The notes beneath the pieces are model-generated. The model did not search any database and was not told where the DNA came from. It saw only the letters and a program-made list of their open reading frames with translations. DNA of 64,000 bases from Eledone cirrhosa (Eukaryota). The position numbers were made by a program, and so were the translations under genes. The stretch covers positions 122,636,001-122,700,000 of the forward strand of contig OZ024743.1 in NCBI GenBank assembly GCA_964016885.1, given 5' to 3'. Below, in pieces: positions 12,487-27,949 of the stretch (positions are counted from its first letter, which is position 1; every line of letters starts with the position of its first letter).

Positions 12487-13759
12487 CCTAAATTTTACCA
12501 TATAAGGGAAGAAATACATAACGAATTATTGCGCAAATGTAAATCTAATTATAATATATACAGTAGTTTTTGGCAGGCCTTTCAGACGCGACTAACGCAT
12601 TGCTTTTGATGTTATATTCCTCACAAGTAGAGGAAATTTGTAAAACTATATGATGCTCATTGTACATGCTGTAAAATATTAGCCTTTTCATATTGTCAAA
12701 CTAACAGAAATAGTTTTCAGCTAACATGTTTCAATCGCTGTACTGTAATTCATGTTTAATTTATGGCTCACACATTTTCTTTGTATAATATGCAAACTCT
12801 TCTCTGTAGATAGGTTCAATTTATTTTCTGAATAAACAGATTTGTATAGGTATGATTTTATAACGACTCTGAAATCTCTTTTCAAGATTTTTTCCAATAC
12901 TATTTCTATGAATATTATATATACATTTGATATTCTTGATATTCTAGTAAGCCAAATATTCTACATTACATTGTTACTTTGAAAATAGCATCCGGGTATA
13001 ATAGTGATTTCATTACTTTTAGAGATGCAAATCATAATTTTTTATATTTATTTCTTCTGTTGTGTATGTTTTTCTTTTTTCTTTTTTAATTTGAATGTTT
13101 GAAATTAGTTCCTTTGGGGGAAGAATAAGTATTCGGTTGAATTATATTGGTAATGATTGGTTATTCGTAAATGTCTCAAAACGTTGATTTTTATCACAAA
13201 TAAATTACCTCATAATAATGATATTGTTGGCACAATGTTGCTTTAAATTATCGGAAGCTAATGATGTTGCAAAGACAATTCGTTATTGCTAGAAAGACAA
13301 AATTACTCAATTGGAAAAGTAATTCGTATTTTCATCCTGACGAACTATGGCGTGTCTCCTTTCATGAGGCTTTCAAACTGATTTATCATTATTTTCCGTA
13401 AGCTTCTCAGTATGTCGTATGTAATTTAATGGTGGTTGTCCTCAGCTGTGTTTTGTCATGTGATACATATAGCGTATATTTCATAATGGTAAAACCACCG
13501 TAGTGGACATAATTGTTGTCGGTAAACAATTTAGAGCATGCCATCCAGAAACTGAATTAACTTCCTTATAGACTAACATAGATATAAGAATGCTTTGAGA
13601 CATGATCTGACCCGAATAAAGTTTTGTTTCTGATATGTCAAAGCAGAAATAATTGTTATGACAACGAAACACCATATCAGACCTCCTTCAATTCCCAGTG
13701 AAAGAATCTTGGAATAAGAACAAAAAAAAACCCCGCTTTTATAACACAGCTTATACATA

Positions 13760-14097
13760 ATTGTTTCTACTTTTGGCACAAGGCCAGCAATTATCCCAGT
13801 ACATTACTGGTACTTTATTTCATCGACCCCGTAAGGATGAAAGGCAAAGTAAACCTCGGCGGGAATTGAACTCAGATCGTAAAGGGACGTAACTTATACA
13901 TAATGTTTTCTGATTTAAGCACAAGGGGAAGGGGTAAGTTAATTCAATCGACCCCAATGCTTTATTTTATCGACTCCGTAAGGATGAAAGACAAAGCTAA
14001 TTTCGGCGGGATTTGAACTCAGAACGCAAGGGGCCGTAACTCTGTGCCACGAAGCAGAGTATCCGACGCTCTACCGATACTGTCAATCCACCGCCCT
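13760..14097 (-). mobile_element. Two adjacent family-A SINE copies (13760-13894 truncated; 13904-14097)
   Basis: Match to the 1364-1544 and 48785-48970 copies. Confidence 0.88.
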
Positions 14098-14309
14098 TAA
14101 TACATCATTTTCATAAGTTACCACTTGAGAATTCTAACAACACCTTGTCATTTTCATCAGTTAATTACATAATGAGATGATTTAGAAGGTATGAAGTAAA
14201 ATATTGCAATAGATCTGTGTAACAGAATCAATATTTTTCATACCTACTTGGTTGTAATGTAATACCAATATTCATGTAAATAAGACGGCAAATTGGCAGT
14301 GAGAAAGCT

Positions 14310-17300
14310 TTGCGGATGTTGTTCCGACCATGAGACAAGTCGTACTCCGGATCGAATAACATGCCCCCGTCGGGGTCCGCCAAAGACGGGGTCCATGGAA
14401 CAGCTTTCATAAAAGCCTCTTCTAGCTTTCTAACTAGCTCACCCCTAGTCTAGTTTTCTCTATCACAACTCATTTACTAACCCCATTTGTTGCTGACGAT
14501 TTACTCATTCACGTCCACTTAGCTAATTCACTAATCCGGTCTCTGTTGGGCTTACGAGCCGCAAAGGACGCGTTCAGGATCCAGTAACCATGTTCCTGTC
14601 TATGAAGCCTAAATCGACTGTACAGATTACAAGTTTCTGGTCTGTGAAGTCGACTATGTTGAACTGTCGACAGCTTATGGTAGCTTTATCTACTTCCCCA
14701 CAAAATACCCTATCTAGATACCATCTGGATGACTCGGTGCGGTTTGTCCGTGGCACATTCAGGAAGCCAAGTCGGTACTTGTCAGAAAATTGGAAACCTC
14801 TGAGCAGGTTTGCGAGGCCTTTACACTCTTTTCACCTATCTGCTAGCGACGCACAGTCTCAGCGTTCGTCAAATATACCGTTCTAGTCACGCACTATCAC
14901 TAAAGAGAGGGATGATCCTAGAAATGTCGCGAGGCGTCTGAATAAATCACGCCATCCTGTCTTTGTTGGGGCATATGCAGACATTAGCTTTCCCTACAGG
15001 TCACATCCAGAAGATGGTCCATGTCTAAAGATCCAAGCCTTTCCCAAAAACATAGCGACTCCACCTATATATCCCGAACGACTTGGACATGCGTACACAT
15101 TTTAGCCGCCGAAAATGAATCCGGCTTCGGAAATTCTGGTCTAGTTGAGCACACAGCTCTGCTTCCAAGACGACCGCAGACCATGTGTATTTATACTGCC
15201 TATTCTGAGTAAGGCTATGTGAGATAAAACGTAAGAAAAGTAAGAAAGGGTTACATATACTGTTCGTATCCACGGAGGGATGAATGTCCCTCCTTCTGGC
15301 CAGTTGAAGGCACATGAAAAAAGACGTCATAGTATATCCCTTTCCATAGAATGGCCGGGAAGTCTCTAAATTGCATGGGGAAATTTCTCTTCTAATTTAG
15401 TGTATGATTCTTGTGTGATACGTATATTTTGTATGTGCGTAGCGTAATCATTTGAGGAGTGATGTACTCAGTTTCTGCAGTTTTACTGTTGTTTTCTAAG
15501 TGGTGCATTAGTTTTTGACTGTATTTATTGTGTAACGTGTGGGTTTTGTGTTATTTTGTTGAGCTTTGTTGTTTTTACTCTTGTAGATGAGGGTCTGTTT
15601 GTGATGGGAATGTTGCTGTTGCTCTCTGTAGTAGAGTTGATGGTGGGTGTGGAGGTAGGGTTGGTGATGATGCTGTTGCTATTGTTATTTTGGTGGTTGT
15701 GTGTGTATTGGCATTACTTGGCTCATTATTTGGCTTTAACTTTTTTTATTTCCTTCTGTTTCGCCCTCTTTTTTCTTTTTCCTTTTTTTTTTGTGGCTGA
15801 ACTATGTGCCATCGGGAAGAAGCATGTGTTCCATAGGTGTTGATTGCGTTGTTGATGGTTGTGGTGATGTTTCTGTTGCTGATGTTGGTACTGTTGTCGT
15901 TTCAGCTCCCAGTCTTGTTGGCTTTACAGCTGCTAATGTAATAGTTGTTGTTAGTGGTGCTGCTGTTGCAAGAGTGGTAAACTGTCAATGCTATTGCTTT
16001 TGTTGAGGTGATGGTATTTCCAGCAGCGGTGGCCTTTTGCCTCCTATTTTCTGTGTGCAGAAGGCTCTTAGGTGACCTGTGGACCCACACAGATAACTCT
16101 TATTTTTTTTTGGTTTCATTAATTATCACGAGATCTACCCAGTTTGGCAGATGTATTTGGTCCAGGATTTTGTCAATTTGATCTGGCTTTACCTGGAGCA
16201 GAATCTCCAGGTCTATCTTGGACCAATTTTGTCTTTTATTCTTTTTGGCCTCGAGGAGTGTATCCGTGTCTCCAAGGACAACACAGACTAAGGACCATCA
16301 GATTTATAGGCCCGGCGAAATACCTGTTATTCTCAGCCTGACAGTTCTTGAAAGATACGTTGGATAGAGTATGAACTCCTCACTCTAATGAGGGCCGACC
16401 AAATGTTTTCGCGCCTGGTCTTCACATTTGAGAGGACCTCGCGACTGGAAAATTGTTTTCTTTATTGAATATGTGCCACATGGCACACCCTCTTTTATAG
16501 CTTTCTCCATCTGAACAGCTGTGGCTGGTTCAGCTCGCCAGAACTGCAGCGACGGTTGTTTCTCTATCTTCCATTATTTTAGGTGGCACTATCACTGTTG
16601 CTTTCCCACCTTCAAATTTTCTTAATTTTTGGCGATTGAACCAATTCAACTCTTTTGTTTGTAATGTTGATTTATGCATTTCTGTTTTAGTGACAATGTC
16701 TGAAAAACGATTTTGCTGTTATGTTGTTGATGCTATTAATATTTCATTGTTTTTGTTGCTTGTTTGTGTTGTAGTTTTTGTTGTTAACATGGTGGCGATG
16801 ATGGTGGTGGTGATGATGATGGTGTTATTAGTGTTTACTGTTGAGGCGGTGGAGGTGGTAATGTTCACGATGGTGGACTTTGGCAGTGGAGGAAAATTAA
16901 AATCATCACCTGCTTCACAACATCTTTAGTTTTGGTTGTTGGTACAGTTACCGTTAGCCACGCCTGCCGGCACTGTTGTTGTTGTTGTCGTTACTGCTGT
17001 TGATATTGTTGGCGATGTCTGTGGTAGTTGTGCTGACGTTGGTGGTGACGTTCCTGTTCTTGTTTTTCACTTGCATGTTGAAGATATTCTTAGCAGATGA
17101 AGCTTCGTTATCCGCCAATCTTTTAAAAAGAATTAGGGGTGATGGTGGGTGGGTGGGTGGAGTGTAGAGGGGGACTCTATCCGCAAAACAAATGCGAACT
17201 TTAGCCCTTTGGGGGCTAAAGATATGGGGAAACGACCAACGCTCTCGAAAGTTGGTCGCGTTAGATCCAAAACTTAGATTCAGAACTAGGTTGTTACAAC

Positions 17301-17360
17301 AGGTGAAAAACAACAAACTTATAGGAGCCGATATATAGACATCTAATGTAAACAGGGGCA
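14310..17360 (-). mobile_element. Decayed Tx1/L1-like LINE (ORF1 zinc knuckle and AP-endonuclease remnants)
   Basis: 14574..14756(-) has SRWYLDRVFC…DFTDQKLV, the APE C-terminal DR/SDH motifs. ~16050-16230(-) has YLCGSTGHLRAFC. Colinear with 56.9-60 kb. Confidence 0.75.
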
Positions 17361-17936
17361 ATACTAATAATAATGATAATTATAATAATGATAATGATAA
17401 TAAATATATTAGTCATCAGCTAATATTGATTTTTTTCTCACTACATATTTTATTCTACTTTATGTTTTAATGTTTCATGTATTAGACACCATGTTATCAC
17501 GAAGATGCCGTCTCATAATTATTTATTTTCTTGATAATGAAACATAAAGTACCATGAGCTGAATAATGTCACAGTAGGATAGGTAACAGCAGCCCCTATA
17601 CATTACAAGATGTCATTTGGCGGAAGTAGCAGGTTAAAATGGAGCATATTAAGTTCACCTAGGAGATATTCATGGGGTGAATTTAGAGAGCCGTAGGAAA
17701 GAAAATCGTAAACAGATAGAGAAAAAAGATAAAAAGATATAGATTGGGAGATATAACGATATGGTATGGCTTTAAAAGGTTTCAATTACATTCTTAGATT
17801 TTTGTTATCTACTTTGCTTATCGAGATAAGGCGTGTAATTAGTGTTTGCACTAACAATTAGGGTTACCCAGTACAACCTTAATGCCGTTGTTGTTACTGC
17901 TGCCGCAGTTAACATTATCACTACACAAGGAAGAAG

Positions 17937-17971
<35 letters not shown>

Positions 17972-18354
17972 TATTTTTTCGTATTACCTCCTAATGACTG
18001 TTTTCTGTCTTCGTTAAGAATACCAGTGCATTGCTTTTACGATACATTACATATCTATTAAGAACTTCGGCTGATCTATTCGGTTAATATAATACTAATG
18101 ATTAATATACCAAAGCTTCATTTTCAATACTTATTTGTTACATCCAGAATTTCGACTATTGCGTGTATGTCCATTCTCAGTTTGCAATATAAATTTAGAG
18201 AGTCTCTGAAATGGAATCATTTCATAAATAGGTCAATACTATTTTGTGTACTTTGTTCTCGTTTGCAAAGAGAACCTAAACACGTAATCTTATGAATACA
18301 ATACCTCTTAAAACTGCATCCTCTGTATACATTCCATCTATATAGATTCACCTT

Positions 18355-18460
18355 ACATACACACACAGACAGACAGACACACACACACATATATATATAT
18401 ACATACGTATATATTATATGACTCTCTGTTTCTCCCATATATATATATATATGTATATAT

Positions 18461-18498
<38 letters not shown>

Positions 18499-18590
18499 AG
18501 AGAGAGAGAGGGGGAGAGAGAGAGAGAGAGAGAGGGAGAACGAGAGAAAGAAAAAGATAGAGAAATAGAGAAGTAGATATACATATATAT
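18355..18590. repeat. Compound (CA)/(TA)/(GA)n microsatellite
   Basis: Directly visible. Confidence 0.95.
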
Positions 18591-18844
18591 GTCACGTTAA
18601 CTGTGTGGCGTAGATAACGATCTTTTGGGATATAGGTTGTATGTTTGCATGTCATAAAATTATCCGTGAATACGACAGTGAAACAAACTTCAGAGGATAT
18701 TTGACGCCGAACTGACTGACCCAATAGTTGCCACTCAATTGACTGACAGGTAAAGCAAAATATGCAGAAAATGCTCTTTACCTATGTGGGGAATTGAATT
18801 GCCATATTATTTTCAAAAGGCTAAAATTCTGTCTCAAGCCAAGA

Positions 18845-19040
18845 GACCCATTAGGCCGGTGTTTATATTTGTTTCCTTGGCGTTAAGACCTCCCACTAGA
18901 CCTGACGCCAGTCCACCGCAGGGTTAAACCCGCAGCTGCTACTGGTACCGATTGTCAGTTGACTATACAGGAACAACGTGAAATGAAGTTTTTTGCTCAA
19001 AAACACTCAATCCAATCAAAGAATGGAATCCATGACTTTA
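18845..19040 (-). mobile_element. Decayed SINE (family B)
   Basis: GAACAACGTGAAATGAAGTTTTTTGCTCAA matches the reverse complement of the 24660-24890 SINE core. Confidence 0.6.
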
Positions 19041-19059
19041 TAATCATACGGCCCCGTGA

Positions 19060-19372
19060 GGATGAAAGGTTAACTTTGCCTTTCATCCTTACGTGGTCGA
19101 TAAAATAAAGTACCAGTAATACACTGGCGTAATTGTTGGCCTTGTGCCAAAAGTAGAAACAATTATAATCATATGTCCAACACATTAACCACTAGTCGAC
19201 ACGTCTTGTAGTTTAGGTTGTGAGTAAACAATTGTTTCTACTTTAGCACAAAGCCAGCAATTATCCCATTGTATTACTGATACTTTATTTTATCGACCCC
19301 GTAAGGATGAAAGGCAAACCTTAAAGAGCCGTAACTCTATGCTGTAAAGCATGGCGTCCGACCCTCTACCGA
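19060..19372. mobile_element. Two partial family-A SINEs in opposite orientation (19060-19165 +, 19230-19372 -)
   Basis: Sequence match to family A. Confidence 0.8.
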
Positions 19373-22300
19373 AATGAAAAAAAACAAAACATGGCCCAGT
19401 GATGACAACAGGAAACATGGAAACGTTTTAATCCGTATTGTTAGTTTTGAATGAAACATCTTATGTTAGGTATGGAAACAAAGGAGCCCAATGTCAGATT
19501 GGACCAAGCAGATCATATCTCCATTGGCTTTTCCATTGTTGCAACTCTAGGCAGAAACGTCACTACTATTTCGGTGACGAGAAACAGGATTTAAATTCAA
19601 GACGTACCGAGTCGGAACAGATATTTAACAATTCCACACAAGCACCATCCCTAACCTGTTAGTTTTTTATTTAGTGGCCCCGAAAATACGTAGGCAAATT
19701 GACATCGGTGGGATTGGAACTCAGAGTATAGAAATGGAACAAATACCCACTCTGTGAATTTATCGCCTATGTTGGTGATAGTGAAAGAAAACGGTTGACA
19801 GAATACTGGAGGAAGAGGGAAAACTCGGAATCCGTGGAACATGGTCTGCACCAGCAACATTTAGTCCACAGGAAAGTTCCTAAAATAGTTTAAGCTCTAT
19901 CACAATAAGCGTTCAATAACTACTATTCGATTGTAAGTGTTGATAAAAGAGAAAGTGATGTGATTACTTTGGTTGAGGAAAAATAATCGATAAGAAAGAT
20001 GTTGGTGAAAGGTGGGGAAAAAAGAAGTTGTCTTTTGAGACCGTGGTTAGTTTACTGTTTTGATATTGAATCCCCAAAACAGTTCATCTTGAATTTACCT
20101 CACGAATATATAGGTGAACCTTAGTTGCCGAAAATACCAAGCTTATACATTTACAATTGTACCCATAATCATTGTTGTATGTGACTAAATATTTTCATAA
20201 TTAAGTAGTTACAAGTATAGATATGTAAGCTAGTTATCCTTTTGAAGAGAGTTTACAGTTTCAAAATTAAATTCTGAAAATACTTCATCTTCTGTTAACC
20301 TCACGATTACATAGGTAAACATTAGTTTCAAAATATCTTAAAAACATCGTGAAACGTCGAATAGAATGAAATGGAAGATGGAATAATATAGACGAACACA
20401 ACTTTCTGCATAAAATGAGAAGTTTGAAATAATGTATTTATCAACAGGGATGAGCAGATGTAGTTGTCTTCTAGATATATAGATTAATAGATTTCATATA
20501 TCTTAGTCTATTCCTATAAAGTAATTTTACTCAGACAAAATGATACATTGTATATGGTATCGTAATATTCCCCAGTTTCCGTATTGTATTCCATAAATGT
20601 ATGGCATATTCGCCATTTACGACAGGAAATTGGTAGTCTAAATGCTTCACTACTCTTCAGCTAGTATTTATTAGATATCTCTTCACCTTGTTATGTTAGA
20701 TATCTCTTGCTCTTCGCAATGTAATGAGTCAAAGGGAGGTTACACTTCTTGATGATAGTTTCCTGGAAACACATCCCCGCATATCTTCTTGTATGCGAAA
20801 TATTTCTTTGTCAGGTATTCGTTGGTATAGTTTCGTTCAACAGTTCAGCGGTTACACAACATTCTCTGGAAATAAATGCCTTAGGATGATTGGTTTATTG
20901 GTTTTTCTGTTGTGCTGTCTGAGTGATACCATGTCTTTTCACCTGAGAAATCACGTTTTCTATTCAAATTTTCCGTTAATGTCATACGATTATTGGTTTT
21001 TATATCAATTGACCAGATTTTACTCTATAGTAGGAGTTAAGTATTCTAAATCTTGGTAACAGAAATGGTATTCTAAAGTCATTGTGGAATGCAGACTTAT
21101 TTAAATGCGAAAGCATTTATAGACATTTTTTAAACATATGGTATAATAATAGTGAAGTAACTCATCTTTGTTCATCACATCTTCTTATGAAACAGTTTTG
21201 CCAATGTATTATTTGTGGCACTCATGTGGAAACAGGCGAGATAGAACGAACATCAACGTAAATGATTTTGGTATCAAAGTCTGTTTTCCCACGTTCAATT
21301 AACAAGTATAAACGTTTCTTTCAAGAATATTCTAATCCTATATCAGGTGGAAATACTATTAAATTTAATTGCTTCTCAGAGTTTTCCAGTAAAGCTCTAT
21401 ATATCACCAGGAAACGAATTATTTTTTACATTGGTGTTTCCTGATATCCAACAGATAATCACTGGTAGTAGAACTAATACCAAAATAGATAGAAACAGAT
21501 AACTGACTGACTCTTTGGAATATTTCTTTCGGAAGATCTACAGCGCCAGAAACAAGCATTGGAATTAAAAACTATTGCTGCGACTAAGGCAGCAGATACT
21601 TTTATGAAATGCAATGATTCTACTAAACATAAAGTATTTGTGTGTGTGGGGGATGGGGGGGGGGGAGGGATATATATTTAAACGTTCTGAATTCGTTGTG
21701 CGTTTTTACTTCAGTCCTCACAGCTTTTAAAATTAGGAATGAATCAACACATCCTACAAAATTAGGAATGAATCAACACATCCTACAAAATCCCTTCATT
21801 CACACTGTACTGTCAGTTGTTTAATGCTAAATGAAACTGCGATAAACTCTATGCTGATGAACTTCCGCGAGTGTGTCAGACGTTACATTTCTTTTTCTTT
21901 CAATTAATGGTTACATGTATCTTAAATTTAGAATGTATATACGTTTAACGCAAACACATACTATGAAAAGCACAACAGAATGTCAGTGGATTAGCCTATA
22001 TAAAATGAAGATTGAAATGTGTTTGAACAGGTGTGGTTAAAATGGCTTATTTTCTTCTGAAGAAGAACATAACTAATATTTCTGAACCATCGTATCTATT
22101 GCCTATTGCCAGTAGTTTTTTCCCCAGATAATTATCCAGTTAATCAGTCAATTATGAACACACAGCAATGGATTTTAACTGAAATCGGTCACGAAGGAAT
22201 TACGTAATTATCAAAATGTATCTGTTGAAGATGGAAAACGGATAACAGTCTTTGAGGAGATAGTCAGGTTTCTTGTCTAATTCTGGAATAAATAAAGAAA

Positions 22301-24372
22301 AATATTAGAAAGCAATGATTAGTAAGTTAGAAATGTGAGCAGAGAATATGTTTTTGTGAACTTTGTCCATAGAGGAAAAAACAGAATGTTTAAGATAGCG
22401 ATACAATGTTTCTCCTCAGTTACGCATTAAGATAAAGTATGTTGTCATATGCCAATTTAACAGTGTAACTTTGTTGCCAGCACACAAAGGAGCCAAATGC
22501 TACTCATTGTTGAAATACTGTCTCCTATGCATCTCAACAACAAAATAAAAACTGCAATCCTACCTATATGTACGAACTTGCTCACCAGAATGTGGCTGAA
22601 GAGTTCTAGAAATGTATTTGCTTGTTCATCATATATAACTGTTTTTCTGTGAGCAGATTTTGCTGATACAATATATATAATGTATATATAGAACCTATTT
22701 TTATATTGGTTTATACACATCGTATGCGTCTAGAAAAGCATATTGATTTTTAAAAGATAAACATGTAACTAGTAAGCGAAAAATATATTCTCTTACTTAA
22801 AATCCTCCTTTTTATGATAAACAACACCATCTTTGAGTAGGATTGGAACTTTATTAAAAAGTAAAGGTGATAAATAAATAAATAAACACGATGAAATGAT
22901 TATAGAAAATGAAATAACTCCTGTAAAAAAAAATATTGGAACGAAAAGATTACATCAATATATCACATTTAAACTATTACATCACATCGTATACAGAACA
23001 TTTTTAGAACCATTAAATCTGACAAACATGTTTTGTTATGCAATTATTGGAAAATGTTTCTAAGACATTTCGGTGAAAACAATGGTGATCTGAATCTATT
23101 CCTTATAATAGTTATATTTATTATCTTCTTTCGTCTTTATAAATGAAACGTAGGAACTGTTTAATGGCAGGCATTATAGGAAAACAGTGTTGTTGTTTAA
23201 AGTTTATGAGCTAACATCAAAACTGTTCAAGATTTATGTATATAAGAGAGTACCATATACAAGTTATAGAGACAGAATTTCTTTTGTTCTTTATTATGAG
23301 TTTGAAGAAAAACGGGAATGTCCATAACACCTTTATGGTCTGCATAGACTGAATGGTTTGTTGACATAAAAAATATGTGGTTACTGAATATATATATTTC
23401 AATTAAATTGTGACAGGTTAGCGGTTACAATGAAGTATTATCTGCGTGGAAACTAAGAGAGAAGTAATTTTCAAAGAAAGAAATACAAACTGTTTAGAAT
23501 GATGTTTAGTAGTGAAATATAGCGAGATTAAAAAAAAAATCAGTAAGAATTATTGAGCTCAGAGGTGCAGAGGCTTTAGTAGTGTTTCTATTAAAAATTC
23601 CGTAGAAGACTTGGGTATAATTTCTAGGTGTAGTTGGTGTATCTCTGTCAAGTTTGACCTTTTGAGGATAAGTTGTTTGGGAGGGAGGCTCAGGCTAAAA
23701 GGTTATGGCAGACAGATCTAGTTTGGAGAAGGAAAAATACTGTTAAGTATTAAATGCATTTGGATTGATAAATGGAGACACACGAGCACATTGACTAGTT
23801 TTGGAGAAGAAAGATATATAATTGGCACGTTAGGAAAATTTTAGGCTACCGTGAAAACGGTGATGACGCAGTTGGACGGCAGTACATCAAATGGGTAGAG
23901 TTTATCGGATGTTGAGAGAATGTATGATTGTTAGATGACAGACTTTACGTAGGGTACGGTTCATAATGTTCAAAATATATGATAATTGTTCTAATTCAGA
24001 GTGTGACACTGCTTTTTAGAGTTTCAGCAACTTATTGGGACTAAAAACTCTGCTTGTAATGATAGAGTGAAATAAAATATAGTGGTAGTTAATGTAGAAA
24101 AAGAAAAATGTTGCAAAATAAAATGACGGAGTTCACACATTTGAGTTATGCGTAGCAAATGGGGTAACCTCCTTATATTAAGCCTTCAAAGGAAAACCTT
24201 TCACAGCTAATATCAAACAGCCAGGAATTATACTGCTGTGGATTAGTAAAAACAATGTATGTTGATTTTGTGTGATGTGACCGCATTCAAAAGATTCGAT
24301 TCCATTGAAGGCACTCTAAATCTCCGAGTTTATAGCAATAAAATTGACAATATTTTAACTATTTCTAATTAA

Positions 24373-24527
24373 TTATTTCTACTTTTGGCACAAGGCCAGC
24401 AATTATCCCACTGCATTACTGGTCCTTTATTTCATCGACCCCGTAAGGTTAAAAGGCAAAGTTAACTTCGGCGGGATTTGAACTCAGACCATAAAGGGGC
24501 ATAAAGCCTCTACCGATCCTGCCAATA
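24373..24527 (-). mobile_element. Family-A SINE, internally deleted
   Basis: Sequence match to family A. Confidence 0.85.
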
Positions 24528-24654
24528 TACGAATAGGGTGTCAGTCAGTGGTTGCCAACTGAAGGCTCTCTAATTGGCTAAAGTTTTCTCGGAAGACATT
24601 TAGAATGTTGCATGTATGTAGTAAACATCGAGCCAAGTATATTAACAGTGGCTT

Positions 24655-24895
24655 TGTAGTGGAGGCGCGTGGATTCGATTCCTGGGCTGGGTTGCGTGTT
24701 GTGTTCTTGAGCAAGACACTTCATTTCCCGTTGCTCCAGTATACCCAGTTGAAAATGAGTACCAGCAATAACTGGGAGTTTAACCCTGCAATGGGCTGCC
24801 GTCCTGTCCAGGGAAGAGTCTTGTACTCTCAGTAGCTTCAATCCATGAAACCGGGATAAGTACCGGCCTAGCGAGCATTCTGGCTTAAGGCACAC
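24655..24895 (+). mobile_element. tRNA-derived SINE (family B)
   Basis: B-box-like GGATTCGATTCC followed by GTGTTCTTGAGCAAGACACTT…TTGCTCCAGT. Related to 18.9 kb and 40.6 kb copies. Confidence 0.7.
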
Positions 24896-25002
24896 TTTTG
24901 TACATAACATTTAGATTTTCGACATAATTAACTGCAGTATGTCTTAAAGAACATGCTGTTACCCTGGATGTACTCTCCACTCCGTAACGCTTTTATTACA
25001 CA

Positions 25003-25599
25003 CTAGCAGTGGTACCCGTTGTTGCACGGGATAAGGTATTGTGAAATATATAACCGCTTTAGCTAAGCTTAGTATTGCCACAACCCCGGCTGGCAAAGAA
25101 GTAAGGGACTGGTGGTACGTAAGTAAACAACACTGTGGCTTAAAACGTGAGGAAGAAGTGTGCACTTACCTGTTTGGAGAATCAGTGCGAGATTTGTCTT
25201 GAGCAAGGGTGGCAAAATAACCAGAGGCAGCAGACAGCCAGACATACAGACAGATATTATAAGGGCGCGTCCTGGACGCAGAGCGAATTGTAGGAAGTGA
25301 CGTAATGCAGACAGCTAGACACACAGACAGATATTATAAGGGCACGACGTAATATGTATGTATCTATCTAAAAAGAGAAATACTAAGAATTATAGAGAGA
25401 GATCGCTAAATCGCCTAATGCGGTCCCTAGGGCATTGAGAATTTGAAATCTTTTTTCCTCAGAACACTTCCTGAAACATAAGTATTACATGTGTAAAGTT
25501 TGAAAACAGTCGGTTGGGTGCTTCTCTAGTTTTAGGGATTCAGACTCACACACAGACAGACATCCTCAGTTTTATATATATAGAATATATATAAGTAGA
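25003..25599 (-). mobile_element. Non-autonomous Helitron
   Basis: On the minus strand: 5' TCTA… start (25599, alternative 25584), 3' hairpin CCCGT-GCAACA-ACGGG followed by CTAG (25003-25006), no TSD. Confidence 0.75.
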
Positions 25600-27949
25600 T
25601 AGAAACAATGCAATGTTGCATATATTTTGGTATGATATGAATAGTGTAATTTGCTATTGCAAAAAGAACTATATTTTCGAATGTATGGAATTTTTCATCC
25701 TAGCGAGTGTGGGAATTTGGGTTTACATTGAGGGGAAACATCTTGGAGAGAAACGTAAGTTAGTCTTGTTAGGTGTATTGCATTTGGAGTAAATGTAAGT
25801 TGAACTAATTGCTCATACCAAGAATTGTAGTGGAATTGATTAAAAGTTTCCGACCAGGATTTGGAAAGTATATATGTTCAGTTATAGGAGAGATGATGTA
25901 GGAAGTAATATTTCCTTATCACTCTAATTTGATTCGAGGTATTATATGTGAGAGCGTTAAAAAACTAGTTTAGGCGTTTGGTTAGTTACTATTCTTAGCA
26001 ATAACACACGCGATCACATATTCTAATAGAGAAAATAACATATTTCATAATTTGACATAAAATCATCTTTAATGTGAATTTGCGTTTAAGAAAAACTTAT
26101 TTGATAACAAAAACAATGTTGATCAAATTCCCAACGTGTTGAAACACGCGAAGTCTATGATTTATTATGGTAATTTGTGCAGTGTTTACTATATTAGCTT
26201 CATATATGATATAGTATTGAAATTTCAGTAAACGTTCTACTTGGTTTCTTCATTGTAAAATATAATCGCTAAAATAACAACATATACAACAGGGTTAATA
26301 ATTGGATATCAACAGTTAGCTTTATTTTCTAGTAAATATTCATAAAGTTCTTAACTTCATTATTGAAAAACAAGAAAGAAAAAAGATAATATTTGCATTT
26401 TTGCATCAATTTTTATGAGAAAATTGAACTTGAATTTAAATTTTGTAAAATTTCCTTTACTTTTTTCTTTCTATTTTGATTCCATTTATTTGGCACTTGT
26501 TACTTAAGCCTATATTTTCATAATATTAGCATAATCGATTATATCAAATTAAAATCCTCGAAACTGATCTTACTTTTGTCCGACATCTTTGGCCACGTAG
26601 TAAATTAAAAGTATCAAGCGATCTTTTCAAACAGTGACTTGCTCTCGCTTCATTTTCTGTTCTTTTGTCATTGTTTTTAAGATGTAATTAACAGCTTTCA
26701 GTTGTTGAAAATCTGCTTTTGACACCAGCTATTCATCTACTGAAATCATCTCATTAACGCTAATTGATTTCATAATGGATTCAAACTACAGGACTCTCTA
26801 ATTTGACGAGTTCAATTTATAATCTTATTTTATTATTGAATCAAAATGCTTCAATTGGATAATCAATTTATCGTTTAAAAGTTGGCGTGAAATTAAACTA
26901 TTTATATTGTTCAAGGAAAAAAACTGTTTGAACTAATCGGAAAAAGGCGTATTTAATATAATGTGGAAAAGGACACCATCTTTTTCTTGCATATTAATGA
27001 ATACTATGATCTTTTCATTTAAATTCCTATAACGATTAAACTTCATTTATATTTTTAACATGAGTAATTGGCTGTAATCGCTATAATATTATGTTAGAAT
27101 TTTGGCAGGATCCATTTTATTTATTTAAATTTTATATCTAAACGTCAATATATCAATCTCTCTATGTGACTGAAATTCATGTTTTTATTTTTCTTCTTTT
27201 GATTTAGCAATAGCCAGGGTTTTCATTTGAGAAAAAGGTTGATTAAATTGGCCACGTTACAAAACTTTATTTTATGACTCACACTTGATGAAAGAAAGCA
27301 GACTATGGTAAGATTTAATCTCTGAACAGCGAGATATCGTACAGAGAAGGGTAAATCAGAGTTCAACCGTCTTGGACACCCATGTTTTTTTTTTTACTAA
27401 AGAAATGAGACAAGATATTTCGAAATATTGTTCATCGTTAGAATGAAATATAAAACAATAAAAATATTCACCCAAATGTTCGATTTGAATTAATGAACGC
27501 AGCCCCCCCCCCCCCCCCCCCGCCCAGCCCAAAAGCGGATTTGATATATAAATAGGATTAAACTGCAAACAAACGTTAAATTAAAATCATATTTAATTGT
27601 TATAAAATAGTAAAACTGGGGAATAGCTTAAAATTATCGAACAAAATGTTCAGAAATATATTTGAGCGCTTTACGGTTTTAGAATTAAAATTCATAATTA
27701 GGCTTGCCAAAGGTAACTTCAAAAATATTTCATATAAATAACAATAATTATTGTTATATTTGGGAAGGGTCATGCTGTCCTAATATTGCCAGAAAAATAT
27801 AGTAAAACACACTCAATCTTTGGTTTGGTTTTTGCTTCAACATATTTTTATATTTCTATAAATAATTGAGCTGGCAATCAATGCCTATCATTGATTGTCC
27901 AACACTTAAAAATATAAATATAAATATAGTTTTTTCAAAGTTCTTTCCA

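Noticed and set aside
20340-21620. Possible decayed host coding sequence
   Set aside because: Coding-like texture, but only short interrupted frames and no motif I recognise. A blastx search would be needed.
21729-21790. 29-bp tandem duplication AAAATTAGGAATGAATCAACACATCCTAC
   Set aside because: Ordinary slippage duplication with no associated structure.
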